This document shows positions 11,448-23,022 of a stretch of 24,875 bases of DNA, in pieces. The DNA comes from Bugula neritina (Eukaryota; Animalia; Bryozoa). A program made the translations under genes and the position numbers. The number at the start of each line of letters is the position of its first letter. Position 1 is the first letter of the stretch. The stretch is taken from positions 1 to 24,875 of the forward strand of contig CAXIUT010000225.1 of assembly GCA_964035545.1 (NCBI GenBank), written 5' to 3'. The notes under the pieces are model-generated. The model saw nothing but the letters and a program-made list of their open reading frames with translations. It did no database searches and was not told where the DNA came from.

Positions 11448-12679
11448 CGAGATTATTTTCTCGCTTTCAGGATGCACTACTCAAGAGCTAAACTGGCCTC
11501 TAACATTTTAAATTTTGTTAAACCTTAGTAGAACCATAAGCCTGGCTCTCCCCAAGAATGTCTTCTCGCTGTCCAAAGGGCAACGAAAAAACATTGAAAC
11601 TCTCCTCCTACTCCCCAATCTTACATCTCCTACTCCATCTTACTCATCTTTCTAAATGTACTTTCTTGTCTGAAAAGTTCCAAGAAAACCTCATCTTTTT
11701 TATCTTCTTTGAATTCTGAAAATCCCTTAAACATCTTAGGATTTTCATAAAGCCCATCAGTCTTAAAGTTAAAATCTTCAGCTTTGAAAACAAAGTTATC
11801 ATCTTCAATAACGGATGGTGTGCTGTTTTTTGTTGATAGTAATAATCCAGAACCTTCAATAGTTTATATTTCCATTCTTTATTCTACATTATGTTCAATT
11901 GAAGCAGATCTAGGTCTCTCCTACTTCTTTGATCGTTTTGAGAGAGAACTACTCTCATTAAGAGAATTTTTTCCTGATGCAATTTATTCTTCAAGACTCA
12001 ATGAATCCGGATAACGCATATTTTCTTCACATAACATTGTTTGTTTACGTTTTTTGCAATTCTTTCTAAAATCTTGCATCATCACTATTAAATGATCTAG
12101 ACTCTCATCTGCTTCTCCATTTTCAGTTATTTGTTCTTGTGAAATGAATTGAGCAATAAATGCTAAAATATTCTTAGCTAGTTGAGCAGTATCGTTTCCT
12201 GATAGTCTAACTCTTTTATCGTAGTGTCCATCAACTACAGCCATCAATTTGCTGAGATAATCTGACTCAAAATGCCTAATGATCTTGAATTATTTTCTAT
12301 TTTTTTGTTGACCCAAATAAACATTGATTTTAGTAAGAACTCTTCTAACCGAGGAGTAAAAATAGTTTTTAACTGCATTATCTGTTCTTCCTGGTAAAAA
12401 AGCAGCAATTTGAGCCCATTTATTTCCAATTTGAGTTTGCATCTCAAACAAAGTTTTTTATTCTTTCTAAGTCCATTCTTCACGATTAATAGCAGGATTA
12501 AGTTGATGTTGCCATCTTTCACGGCATTGTTTTCCAGTTCTGATTCTGTTAGTTTTTTATTGAAGAGTTTTAGAAACTTAAATCCATTTAAATCTATCTT
12601 GAGAACAACTAGACATCATCTCAATGATGATTTGATCTTCTTACTGAGTCCATCCTCTTTTTGAAGTGTTGTTTGACAT
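11448..12679 (-). CDS. R2R3-Myb transcription factor; 3' end runs into the internal telomere junction
   Basis: WTQxEDQII..KW..RTGKQCRERWQHQLNPAINREEWT..IGNKWAQIAAFLPGRTDNAVKNYFYS; no in-frame TGA before 11447 as written (a 1-nt homopolymer correction near 11586-11591 would give a stop at 11469-11467). Confidence 0.93.
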
Positions 12680-12800
12680 TGTTTTTCACCCTACTTGTTT
12701 TATTATTATAAATTATATTAGATAAAAGTAGAATTTACCACATCCTTTTGTAAAATACTCAAAAGATCAATGATTAAATTGATGTAAAGGATTCCAAATA

Positions 12801-13030
12801 ATGTACTTAAGCCCTGTAGATAAAAATAACGCTCAATATTCTCAGGATTTTCATGAACTTTATCATTTATGGTTATCAGAAATGAATAGATTAGTCTGTT
12901 TTCAGAAAAAAAACTTGAGCCTTTTTATATCTTTTAACTTAACTCACAAAAACTAAAGAGAATCCAAGAACACTGTCAAATGAACTCTCAATTAAAAAAA
13001 TAACGAATGCTAACTTGGTTATCTTTTTGA
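12801..13030 (+). CDS. Small hypothetical protein (about 76 aa; needs a 1-nt A-run correction near 12906-12913)
   Basis: MYLSPVDKNNAQYSQDFHELYHLWLSEMNRLVCFQ looks protein-like; the end is uncertain. Confidence 0.35.
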
Positions 13031-13166
13031 TAATTTAAATTTAGAATCGAACTCTTAATAGTCCTGCTGTTAAGTCAAAGTTCTCAAAGAAAATGATGCA
13101 AGTGTTTAAAATTCTCTTCAATGTTGATGTTTTATGCATAAAGATAAGTTTTTATTAATAATTACG

Positions 13167-14191
13167 ATGATTTTGATTCCGATCCTGCTCATCTTTATCT
13201 CCTATTTATTGTTCAGCTGGTTCCTCTTTTTCTTTCCCTTCATAGTTCATAGACCTCATAAATACTCGAGAGCACCTATAATTGCTTAATCTTTAGCTAG
13301 ATAAAAAGTGTTGAAGATTGCACATAGAGGAGGTTGCAGAATTAAGACTGAAAACACAATCTAAGCTTTTTAAGAAGCTAGCAAATATAGCGATATGCTT
13401 GAAATGGACGTATGTGAGACTAAAGATGGAGTTTTAGTAGTTCATCATGATCATGATCTTGAAAGAACATGTGGAGTCAAACAATATATCAGAAATTTAT
13501 AATACAAGGAATTACCCTGCTTCAAAAAATAAATATAACTAAATTTTGCTCCTAAAGGGTTAACTGTTTGTTCACATTAAGAAAAAATACCTACATTATA
13601 AGAGGTATTTAAGAAATTTCCAAGTATGCCCATGAATATAGAACTAAAAACTCCTCAACTGCAGCTATTAAAGAAATGATTACACTAATAAAAACTTATA
13701 ATAGACTAGATAAGACAATAATAGGCATCCGAGGAGATGATCAGATTTCTCTTAAGCAAATGGACAGAAAAATTTTAACATTTATGAATGATAAAGATTT
13801 CTTCTTCTATTTTACTAGTATGATAACTGGATTACTCCCCTATTTATATGTGGAAGATCATTCTATGCAGTTACCTCTATGGACAGAGTAAAGCTATCAT
13901 TGGAAAATAAGAGAATGGGGAGATAATTGGAAAGTACATCTTTTTTTTAAAGTATTAAAATGGATTCTAAACCCTCTTATGGGATTGCTTGCTTATCATC
14001 TAAAAAAAAGAGGAATTATTACTATTTTTTGGGTATGTAATTGCGAAGATGACTATAAAAGGGCAATCAAATATGGCGCTAAAGGAATAATGACTGATAA
14101 TCCCTAATTGTTGAACTCTTATTTGAAAAAATAAGGAATGAGTTTTAAAGAAGATTCCGAATAGTAAATAAAGAGAAAGAAGGATGATTGA
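13167..14191 (+). CDS. Glycerophosphodiester phosphodiesterase, GDPD1/GDE4-like (lysophospholipase D type); one frameshift at about 13654-13679
   Basis: N-terminal hydrophobic segment; IAHRGG, ENTI, MLEMDVCETKDGVLVVHHD..LERTCG, IPTL.EVF..FP..PMNIELK, FWVCN, GAKGIMTDNP. Confidence 0.93.
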
Positions 14192-14237
14192 TATGATATT
14201 TATCTTGATATATATTGCAATAGTAAATCATTTAATA

Positions 14238-17200
14238 ATGTACCTCCATAAATTACCTCTATTCAAACCATCAATAACAACCAAACAAAGCAAATAAACA
14301 TAGTATCAGTACAGCATAACAAAATAAGGCTTTTCATATTATGTTTGCAGTCTAACTTCTCCAACTTCTATTTTATTATGGAAAGTAGATCTCACTTCTT
14401 AAAGAAGATAAGAAATATAAATAAAAACCAACCTTTAACCCATTCATATAGCCTATGTCTGTTGCGATAAATTAGTTATTTTGACTGAGAATTGTATTTT
14501 GGGGTGTGCAAAAATTGAAAAAATAATCAAATAAAGCAAATATTCATAAGCATTTTGTAAAAGAATAGCTTTTATGTTTATAAAAATATTGTTCTTCCTA
14601 ATATTTAAATTAGATGTTTCAAAATAAGTCAAGTAGAAGATAGACCAATTGCAATATATTTGGCGGGTGGCAAACTTGTGTTCCAAGACTTGAAATAAAA
14701 CAATATCTCTCTCTTTAGTATTGAACCTTCAGATCTTGGTTATCAAAAAATAGATTAATTCATTGATTTTTAAACATCTAAATAAACCATCTTTAATCGA
14801 TAAAATTCAAATAACCTTTTAACTTCTATAGTAAAAATTGAACAAACTTTTGGATAAATAAGTTATGTCGTACTATAGATTAACTGGTCGAAGAAATCTT
14901 ATATCTCATACCTTTTAAAGGTGACAACTGCTCCATTTATAAAAAATAATCTTATGTTTATTTGTAATTTAAATAAAAACTATATGGTAGTATCAACTGG
15001 AAAAGCACTTATTTTAGGTAAAAAAGTCCTCAGTGAAAATGTAGAAGAAAGTTAGATAGTAGTTTATTGCTAAATACCATTTGATTATCAAGTTTTAGCT
15101 TTGCTTGGAATATCTCATAGTCAAGAACCAATAAATCAATAAATAATAGTCTGCTTTGTTAAAAATAAACAAACACTTATCTACAGTTATCACTTTAATG
15201 ATCTAGCCTTAAAACTTCAGTTCAATCCTTATAAAGTCAATGTTGATAGTTGTATTTTTGGTACTTTTATTGGTATTATAAAAATATCGTCCGATTTAGC
15301 TATTTTTGTTTTTAAGAATGGATCTTATCTATTGAGCTAATATTTCTTCGAAATGACTAAAAATATCTTATCTTGTGGATAAATTGATTAAGATGAAGAT
15401 TAAAATTAACTTTTATAAGTATAGGATCTTTCTTAATCAAGTAATCATATTAATTTTATACCATTTAAACTATTTTTGTAGCAATGTGATAAAAACTTTT
15501 CCTAAATAACTCGATATATGAGATAATTATTTTCAGTAAATTGTTTAAAGTAAATTCTAGATGAATTTTAATTAAAAATACATAAATTAATTCCTTGTTT
15601 GCAAAAAGATAGCTGGCTAGTTATAAATTCTTTTATCACGTAATATTCATTAATTTTCACATATCTCAATCATTTCATCAAATACCTCAAGAAGTAAAAT
15701 CAATAAGAGCAGTTAACTATGAACTTTTCTATCTAATATATTCAAAAATAGATTTTAAAAACATAACATTCTTCGAATTAAATAATAATCGAATATCCAT
15801 CAGTAAAAAAGATTGTACTTGACAATTTATTCTAAATAAAGCAAAATATCACATCAATGATATTTCTTTTTTCAACTAACAACAGTAATAAATAAGCAGT
15901 ATTATGGTTCAATAAAAAACAATTCATATATTCTAAACTTATTGCCAATTTATAAATTCCTCAAATAATTCATTTCTTTACAGATCATACAAGTTTAATA
16001 GACTATCTTTCCTTCATTATCTACAATTCAGCCAAAAATAGAAATCACTAAGAATGGACCTTATCTAGAAAATTACTTAAATCATTACTCAAAAGCAATA
16101 GAGACTATCATCCTCTCGTTGGGTTATTAGGCAATGATATATAGTTATATAATATCAGCAAATATCATCTCAAAGTATGTCGATAGTTGAGACAAAAAGA
16201 TAAAAAGTATGCTTAAAGGGATCTACAAATGTTACCTTCTTTGGAATAATAAGAAATCTAAGTTAAAGAATATTTAAGAAAAATAGGTTATAAAAATTTA
16301 ACATCATTTGTTCCTTCTTCAATGAAACAAGATAAATATAATGATAAAATTGTTGTTTTGCCAATTCCGAATCAATATAAATTTAAGCTTTGAAAAAATG
16401 GCAAAAATAACTCATCAAAATCAATGACTAAAGTTATTTAAAGTTAACATAAGATAACTTTGCTATTGAACTTGAATTCATGCAAAAATAAATTATTTTA
16501 ATTGATAAAAATGAGAATTAAAATAGTATATTAGTATTTTCTTAAAAGATAAAATAAATTAACGATATTTTTATCAAATAAACATAAATTAATCATAAAA
16601 ATCGATAATAATTCAGAAATTACTGCCTATCTATTAAGTATCCAGATTGTAAATGCTACTCAAACTAAGTCTATATTCTTCTTCATTAATTTCTACCTCA
16701 TAAATACTAAAATACCGACAAAATATCATAAATTATTTAAAAACCCAACAAAAGAAAAATCTAGTGCTAAGATGTCCTATAAATAGAATGTATTCATAAA
16801 TATCTGTCAAAATTATATTAAATTCTAACTTAATGTTAACTATTCTAACTCACAAAATGCTTTGATATTCTACCCAAACAATAACCCATCAACAGTAATA
16901 TCTTCAATCCAGATATAAGTTAATAAAATTAATCCAAATAGCAAAATATCATAAAGTTCTTTATCACCAGCATCAAATCAATCTGCATACTATAACCTTT
17001 TGTTCAATCATTTATGGGATCTTTATGATTAATTGACTGAAATAAATTAAAAAATGTTCTAAGTTTAGGAATAATTTTAAAGAACACCTTTTGCTCAAAC
17101 TATAGTTACCTTACTACGTACTCTTTGCAACTCAATATATTCAAAAAATCTGCGTTTACTTCATATTAATAGCAATACAACCGTATAACTACGTAATTTC

Positions 17201-17368
17201 TAAAATATAAGAAATAAATTTTAAGAAAGAAACAAAAAAAATATTAATAAAGTAAAAATAGAATAAAGAAATTTCTTCTTCAAAACTTAATTTCATGAAA
17301 ATATATCTAAAAACTAACCTACTTCACATAATTTATTCTCATAATAAAAGTTGGATTTTCTCTCTTGA
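14238..17368 (+). CDS. Large hypothetical protein (about 1000 aa) interrupted by probable indels; may be two genes
   Basis: ATG at 14238; frame change near 14520; about 600 TGA-free codons to 16390; further long open frames to about 17368; no family recognised and the 3' half is unresolved. Confidence 0.55.
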
Positions 17369-17495
17369 AGACATGATTTTCTCTTGTCTATTCTTTTAAA
17401 TAAAACTGACTCCTAAAATAATCACTTTGATAACTTATCTCTTCGAAATAACCCCTTTTCACTGATATTTATACTTATTCAAAGAATCATTCATA

Positions 17496-18077
17496 TCATT
17501 TGTTTACTCTTAATTTTTTAAATAACTCTTAAAACTCCTTAAAGTCCATTTTCAACGATAAATTGATTGGACCCTTTTCGTCTTCTTCTATCCTATCCTA
17601 CTCTCCCTCAGGAATCTACTCTCCATTCAAAATATACAAAAACCCGATCATATCCGATAAGTCCCGCAATTTAAACTAAATGTGATATTTCTGTAAAGTA
17701 TGACCCAAACTATCAACAGTAATAAACCCTTCAGGTGTACACAACTATTTAAACATAGTTTTAACTCTCTGCTCCTCAATCATTTCATTACCAAAATTAT
17801 CTTTTTTACGATATCTCGGTCTAGTCTTCCCAACATCTTGAGATTGACTGCTTATTTAACTAAGAGCTCGACTAGCCCTTCTTCTAACTGGTTAGTTGTC
17901 CTATCGATAGAGATTTTGCTCAATAAAATCTTAAGAGTAGAGAGAGTTTTTCTATTATTAATGCTCTTCTTTCATATTATTTCTTTATATTTCATTTTAA
18001 GGCTATTCTCTTTCTTCTTATTTTGATTATCTTATAGAGGCGAGTTTTCTTAATCTACTTCTATTTGATTTTTTCAT
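17496..18077 (-). CDS. Protein with an acidic N-terminus and a degenerate C-terminal EF-hand pair, 193 aa
   Basis: 194-codon open frame; VKTMFKELCTPEGFITVDSLGHTL..LSDMIGFL..MDFKEFEELFKK resembles a calmodulin/centrin C-lobe. Confidence 0.7.
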
Positions 18078-18129
18078 ATATTAGATTTGATGTTAAAATG
18101 GTTGAAATAATTGATAATTTTATTGACTA

Positions 18130-19055
18130 ATGAGATCATCATTCTGTTTAGATTCCGTAGCTAACTCCAGAGAAATCAGCCTCTCTCCACACAACAACTC
18201 ATCATCAAAACAACTATACTCTTTTAGTAAGATAGTAGATTCAAAAAAAATAACTCATAGTACTCATCATTCTATCAAGCTGCGATAGTATCTATAACAT
18301 ACCATCAACCTTCAGAACCTCAGGCACGACCATGGGATATGGAAACAAACACGATTTCACTAAAGATCTATCAGGTTCACCAGGAGCAACTAAATACAAT
18401 ATCAATACAATCTTCGACAATAACAAAACCAAAAAGAAAGGATTTACTCTCTATTAAAGCAGAGATGTACATTTAGATATATTTAGAAACTTCCAGATAG
18501 AGGACATATTCCTCTAGATCCTCTAAAAGTACCTGCCCCTTCACACTATCAAAATCTCAAAGTGAACAAAGGACCAACCTTCTCCATGAGAAAAAGATTG
18601 CCTGTCATCGATAAAACCATGTCAATCGATGTTCAAAATCATAATCCAGGAGCTGGACGCTATTAAAATCCATAATCTCTATCACCTAGAGGTAAATACA
18701 GCGTCTCCAAACATAGAGGAACTGGTGCTTCTTTGTTTAACCCTAAAAGGTCTTCAAGATTCTTCTAATTCAGTATCTTTGATGATATCTAGAAAATAGA
18801 AATCCAGGACCAGGAAAATATAATGAAGTTAGTCCAATGAGCAATCGTGGAAAATACACGATCTCTAGTTTCCAAGGTCAAGGCCAAAGACTCTTTGATA
18901 AAGAAAGAAGATAGAACACATTTGATTTCAAAGCAAGAAAGAACATCAACCCAGGACCAGGATCATATCGAGCTCCTTCAGATTTTGGTCAATACGATGG
19001 AAATGTCTACACGAATAACAGGTTATCAAATACATCAAAAAAATATAAGTTATGA
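18130..19055 (+). CDS. SHIPPO/ODF3-like PGP-repeat ciliary protein; introns 18260-18279, 18467-18486, 18773-18792; 1-nt indel near 18229
   Basis: KQLYSF, GYGNKHDFTK, SPGATKY, VPAPSHY, NPGAGRY, NPGPGKY, NPGPGSYRAPSDFGQY repeats; three 20-nt GT-AG introns; TGA at 19053-19055. Confidence 0.88.
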
Positions 19056-19090
19056 TTCATATTTTATTATCTCATTATAAATTGAAACCG

Positions 19091-20433
19091 ATGAGTCAAA
19101 GAAAACAAAATCGATGCGTAGATCATCAACAATAAATAGTAGCTCTTTGTATTGACTAAAGTTGCAAAGAAAAAGTAAAAGCAGTTTGTCCACTTGAACT
19201 TTACAACGAACACTTGGATCATAAATTCTAAAACATAGCAAAAATACATTCAGAATGGTCTTTATATCATAAAGATGCAGACCAAATAAAATAAAATATA
19301 TCAAGGTAGGGCATATTAAAATATATGGATGGAATTATTGACTAGTTAATGACTAAAATCAAAGAACATCTGTTTTTATTAAGAAAATAACTTGATATCA
19401 AAATGGGATTATACTATAATAGCAAACCTGTTGATAAAATCAGATCGGCTCTAAATGGACTTAGCAAATCTCTTGAATAAAGATTTTTAGAACTCAGACA
19501 TTAAGAAATCTAAGATGCTAAATTTTTTATTTAAATTTATGGAGTTAAAAAATTAGTTAATGATACCTTCCAACAAAGATAAAACTTTGAAAAAGAGATC
19601 TTAATAGCCTACTCGAAAATAAAAGAATAAATGTTTATGGATTATCCCAAATTCAATGCCTTAGTCAAAGCTAAAGAATATGAATATTGTGAAATAATCA
19701 AAGCTCAAAAGATATAGATCACAGTAATGAAGGAAAAGTTATCAGAAATATCAGGTGGGCATTAAAAATTAGCCTAAGAACATAAACAACTATCATATGA
19801 ATATGCCAGAACAACTAACGAATTGAAAAATAAATAAGCTGCTCTCGTATAAACAAATAACAAGCTAAACATCATGACAAATAAATTCAACTAACAGGCC
19901 CAAGAAGCTATCCTTAAAGCCAGATAAATCAAATCAAAAAACATACTAGGAACCTATCCCAGCAAACACCTCTTCAGAGTTAGTGATAGAATCATCAAAA
20001 CAGGAGATCAAGAAATGGATTGGCCAGGACTAGTATAAGTAGGCTAAGCTATTGGGAAGATATTTGTCAAATTAACAAGATTCGATGTTGGTTCATGGGT
20101 TCTTGTGGGCTGTATGTTCAAAAGTCAATGCTAAAAGAACTAGTTCTAATTCGATAACTATAAAAATATAGGTCATGGTACTTATTTGCTTGATAGCAAC
20201 CGTTGGAGTTATTCTGATCATGACGAAGACTACAATGCCAAGCCACTTGGGTTTGAATATGCGCATAATGACATAATTAAAATTGAAGTGTTTCCAGAAG
20301 TGATAAGATTTTCAAAAATGGCTTCGGATGGGAAGAATAAAAATTCTAACTACCATATCGTAAGAAAGAAAACGATGAATTTTACTTTTGCCTTGGAGTG
20401 AAAGGATAACATACAGAGCTTACGTTGGTTTGA
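19091..20433 (+). CDS. B-box-like zinc finger + coiled coil + SPRY-like domain protein (1-nt indel near 20340; stops at 20401 as written)
   Basis: CVDHQQ..ALCID.SC..AVCPLEL..HLDH; long heptad-rich middle; WVLVGC..IGHGTYLLDSNRWSYS..F.Y.HNDIIKI..FYFCLG beta-rich C-terminal domain. Confidence 0.75.
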
Positions 20434-20652
20434 TCGGAAGTGATCAATATATATTAAACTAGTATATATTTTAATATTAGAATTATAAACATAGATTCTT
20501 TTAAAGAAAAGATAGTCTCTCTTTAAGCTTTCTAAATAAAGTGTTAAAATAAACATTCTTGTATGCTAAACTCAAATTTCTTTTGATTTGATGCAGTAAC
20601 TGAAAGGCTACTTCTGATAGCTCAAAGGAAAAGTTAACGCTATGAGTTATTG

Positions 20653-21360
20653 ATGCATGCTTTTTTGAAAAATGTTTCTATATCTCTAGATAAGTCTTTA
20701 GAACTTAAAAATAGAAATATTTCTAATGATTTTTGGAGATTTAGAGATTGCTTTAAAAGAAACTTCAATAAGAAAATTTAGTCTTCATTTCAAAAAATTG
20801 ATAAAAAAATAAAAGTTAATAAAAAGGAGATCTATCTTTTATAAGTTGACTATCAATGTTCTTTCTTGCTAAATAAGTTCAAATATGAAGTAAAGTTCAA
20901 GATTTAAAGATTTAGAATTGAAAAAACTCTTTAGTTTTGTTTTTTAAAAAAATCAATCTTTTAACACCTAATTGTATCATTTAGTTTAAATATTTTAAAT
21001 CACTTGAGATAGATAAATTACGAATATTCACGATAAAAAACAGAGATAAGATGTAGACAAAGGTAAATATTGAGGTAAAAACAAAGAGTTAAAAATAAAT
21101 AATCATTGTATGATCTCATTATCATCTAAATAAGACTTTTTCTCAGGACGAGTTCGCGTATTTTATTTTTTCTAAGGAAGATCTTCCCATAAAAAACTAA
21201 AAACATCAGGGTCAATAGACTTAGTCAAATTATCAATCTTTCCATTCGTAATTCTAACTTTAAAATTTTACTAAACTATTTGTTTTTGTTCTGTTCGAAA
21301 GCTATCGTCTTCGGAAAAGTTGTTGAGTTGAGCCAAATTTCCTGGAGGGTCAATACTTGA
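20653..21360 (+). CDS. Hypothetical protein (236-codon open frame; true end may be near 21110)
   Basis: TGA-free frame from 20587 to 21357; the 3' part is the exact antisense of the 21103-21366 ORF. Confidence 0.35.
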
Positions 21361-21366
21361 TTGCAT
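21103..21366 (-). CDS. Small hypothetical protein, 87 aa
   Basis: MQSSIDPPGNLAQLNNFSEDDSFRTEQKQIV..SIDPDVFSFLWEDLP; higher GC than the flanks. Confidence 0.45.
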
Positions 21367-21391
21367 AATTAAATATCAAGATGACGTCACA

Positions 21392-22098
21392 ATGATAAAC
21401 AATAGGAATCATAACAACTCAGTAAAACAAAGGTCAATCAATAGTTTAAGAGTCTTTTATGCTTTCGATCTATATAAGAAATCAGAATTAATCAATAATA
21501 ACTTAAACAAAATAACAAATAAGCAAAATGATTAAAATATGATAATAAGGTCTTTTAAAAATATATAGCTTATTTTTTTGTCTTAATTTATCATTTAAAA
21601 ATTATTTTTATCAAATGATATTTTACTTTCTAAGTAAGCATTTCTGATAATTTATTAAAATCAGAATGATAAGGATAAACCTAAATACTAGATCTAATTA
21701 AATTAAGACATAAATAAATAATCTCTTAATTTCATATTCATGGGTCATTTTGATTAATTTCCGGTTCTTTGTTAAAGCTATATTAAGCATTGGATATTTC
21801 TTTTCGAGGAACTTTATTTTTATTCCTAAATATTCTATGACTGTCTAATTTAATTTATTATACACTCACCAAGTCACGCTCCTTTTATGGAGTTGATAAG
21901 TTGAGTGAAGGATATGACATTTTGATACGATAGTATTTAGAACCTTCTTTTTCATAATAAACAAAAGAAAATTATTTCCAAGCATTAAATTACTATTATT
22001 CAGATGGAGAAGGAAATCTTTCGGGCAAAAAGTCTATAGTAATTCTATTTTTTATTGATTCAATTGTATTAATTAAATAATATATCTTGAATAGTTGA
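21392..22098 (+). CDS. Hypothetical protein (1-nt indel near 21840)
   Basis: Open frame from ATG 21392 to about 21900, with an overlapping frame SFYGVDKLSEGYDILIR..YYYSDGEGNLSGKK to TGA at 22096-22098. Confidence 0.45.
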
Positions 22099-22118
22099 AA
22101 ATTAAATATTCATGATAA

Positions 22119-22199
22119 GGGGTTGGGGTTGGGGTTGGGGTTGGGGTTGGGGTTGGGGTTGGGGTTGGGGTTGGGGTTGGGGTTGGGGTTGGGGTTGGG
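22119..22199 (+). repeat. Internal telomeric tract (GGGGTT), about 13.5 units; right end of segment 2
   Basis: Perfect G4T2 array with no following C4A2 tract. Confidence 0.98.
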
Positions 22200-22451
22200 A
22201 TAGAATAGATGAAGTATTAAAATTGTATGTTTGAGGTCTCAAGCCTAAGGATTTATATTTCCTTATTGCTGATTACCTCGATTTATTTCATTCTCTTCTC
22301 TATTCTACTAACTGATTTTTGATGTTCTTGATAAAGAATACAGACAAAATTCATGTTTTTTTTGACTATTAATTAAATGCGAATGATCGTGTTCATAATT
22401 TTCATCTTATTAGAAATTTCCACTCTCAAAAGTTATGCCTCTGTTACTCAT
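22200..22451 (-). CDS. Short or 3'-truncated hypothetical gene abutting the telomere junction
   Basis: MSNRGITFESGNFEEDENYEHDHSHL..; stops near 22232 as written, while the other two frames stay open into the telomere. Confidence 0.35.
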
Positions 22452-23022
22452 AAGTCGTAAATAGATCTGTTTTTTAAAGAAATTAATAATATCAAAATAT
22501 CTAAAATACTAAATTATAAATAGCTCATACTTTATATTTTTCAAGATATTATTGATTGAAAAATGATCAGAAAAGTAAATATTCATCAAAATTTCAATTA
22601 AACTTTCAAAAAATATTTAATTATCTTTTATATCCTTTACTGATTAAGTTTTAAATCAACTAAAAAAGGTTCTAAAGGCATATTAATCATCTTTATTCAC
22701 TATCTTTACACTTAGGCGCGAGATATTTTTTTTGTTAATGATTTTTTCTTCTTGAATATACTACATTTAGTCATGGAAAGGACTAGAACAAGGCTAAATA
22801 TCAAAACTATCACAGCCTCTCTCTTCTTACAGTAGTAAAGGACATAGATTCAATGGTTTTTCTGATTATAAAATATACTATTTTCAAAGTTCATAATTAA
22901 ATAAGACTATTAGATAATAAATAAAAACATTTTATAAAAAGAAAAAATTCTAATTTTATTCAATTTTTATCAAAAAAAGATAGTTTATCATAAATATATC
23001 TAGTATAAATAAAATATTATAA

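Noticed and set aside
14424-14438. AAAACCAACCTTTAA resembling the Tetrahymena chromosome breakage sequence (WAAACCAACCYCNHW)
   Set aside because: It mismatches a conserved C, lies inside a CDS, and has no telomere nearby.
2205-20556. Most ORFs in the supplied standard-code track (e.g. 2205-2411, 6508-6741, 6668-6895, 10769-10969, 11075-11260, 12410-12664, 17700-18026, 19050-19304)
   Set aside because: They are wrong-frame, antisense or AT-rich artifacts of using the standard code. Only 4192-4440, 10511-10807, 11984-12247, 13676-13891 and 20186-20401 are fragments of real genes.
22452-23022. Short open frames in the AT-rich spacer (e.g. ATG at 22773)
   Set aside because: About 30 codons or lacking a start codon, with no recognisable motif; treated as intergenic.
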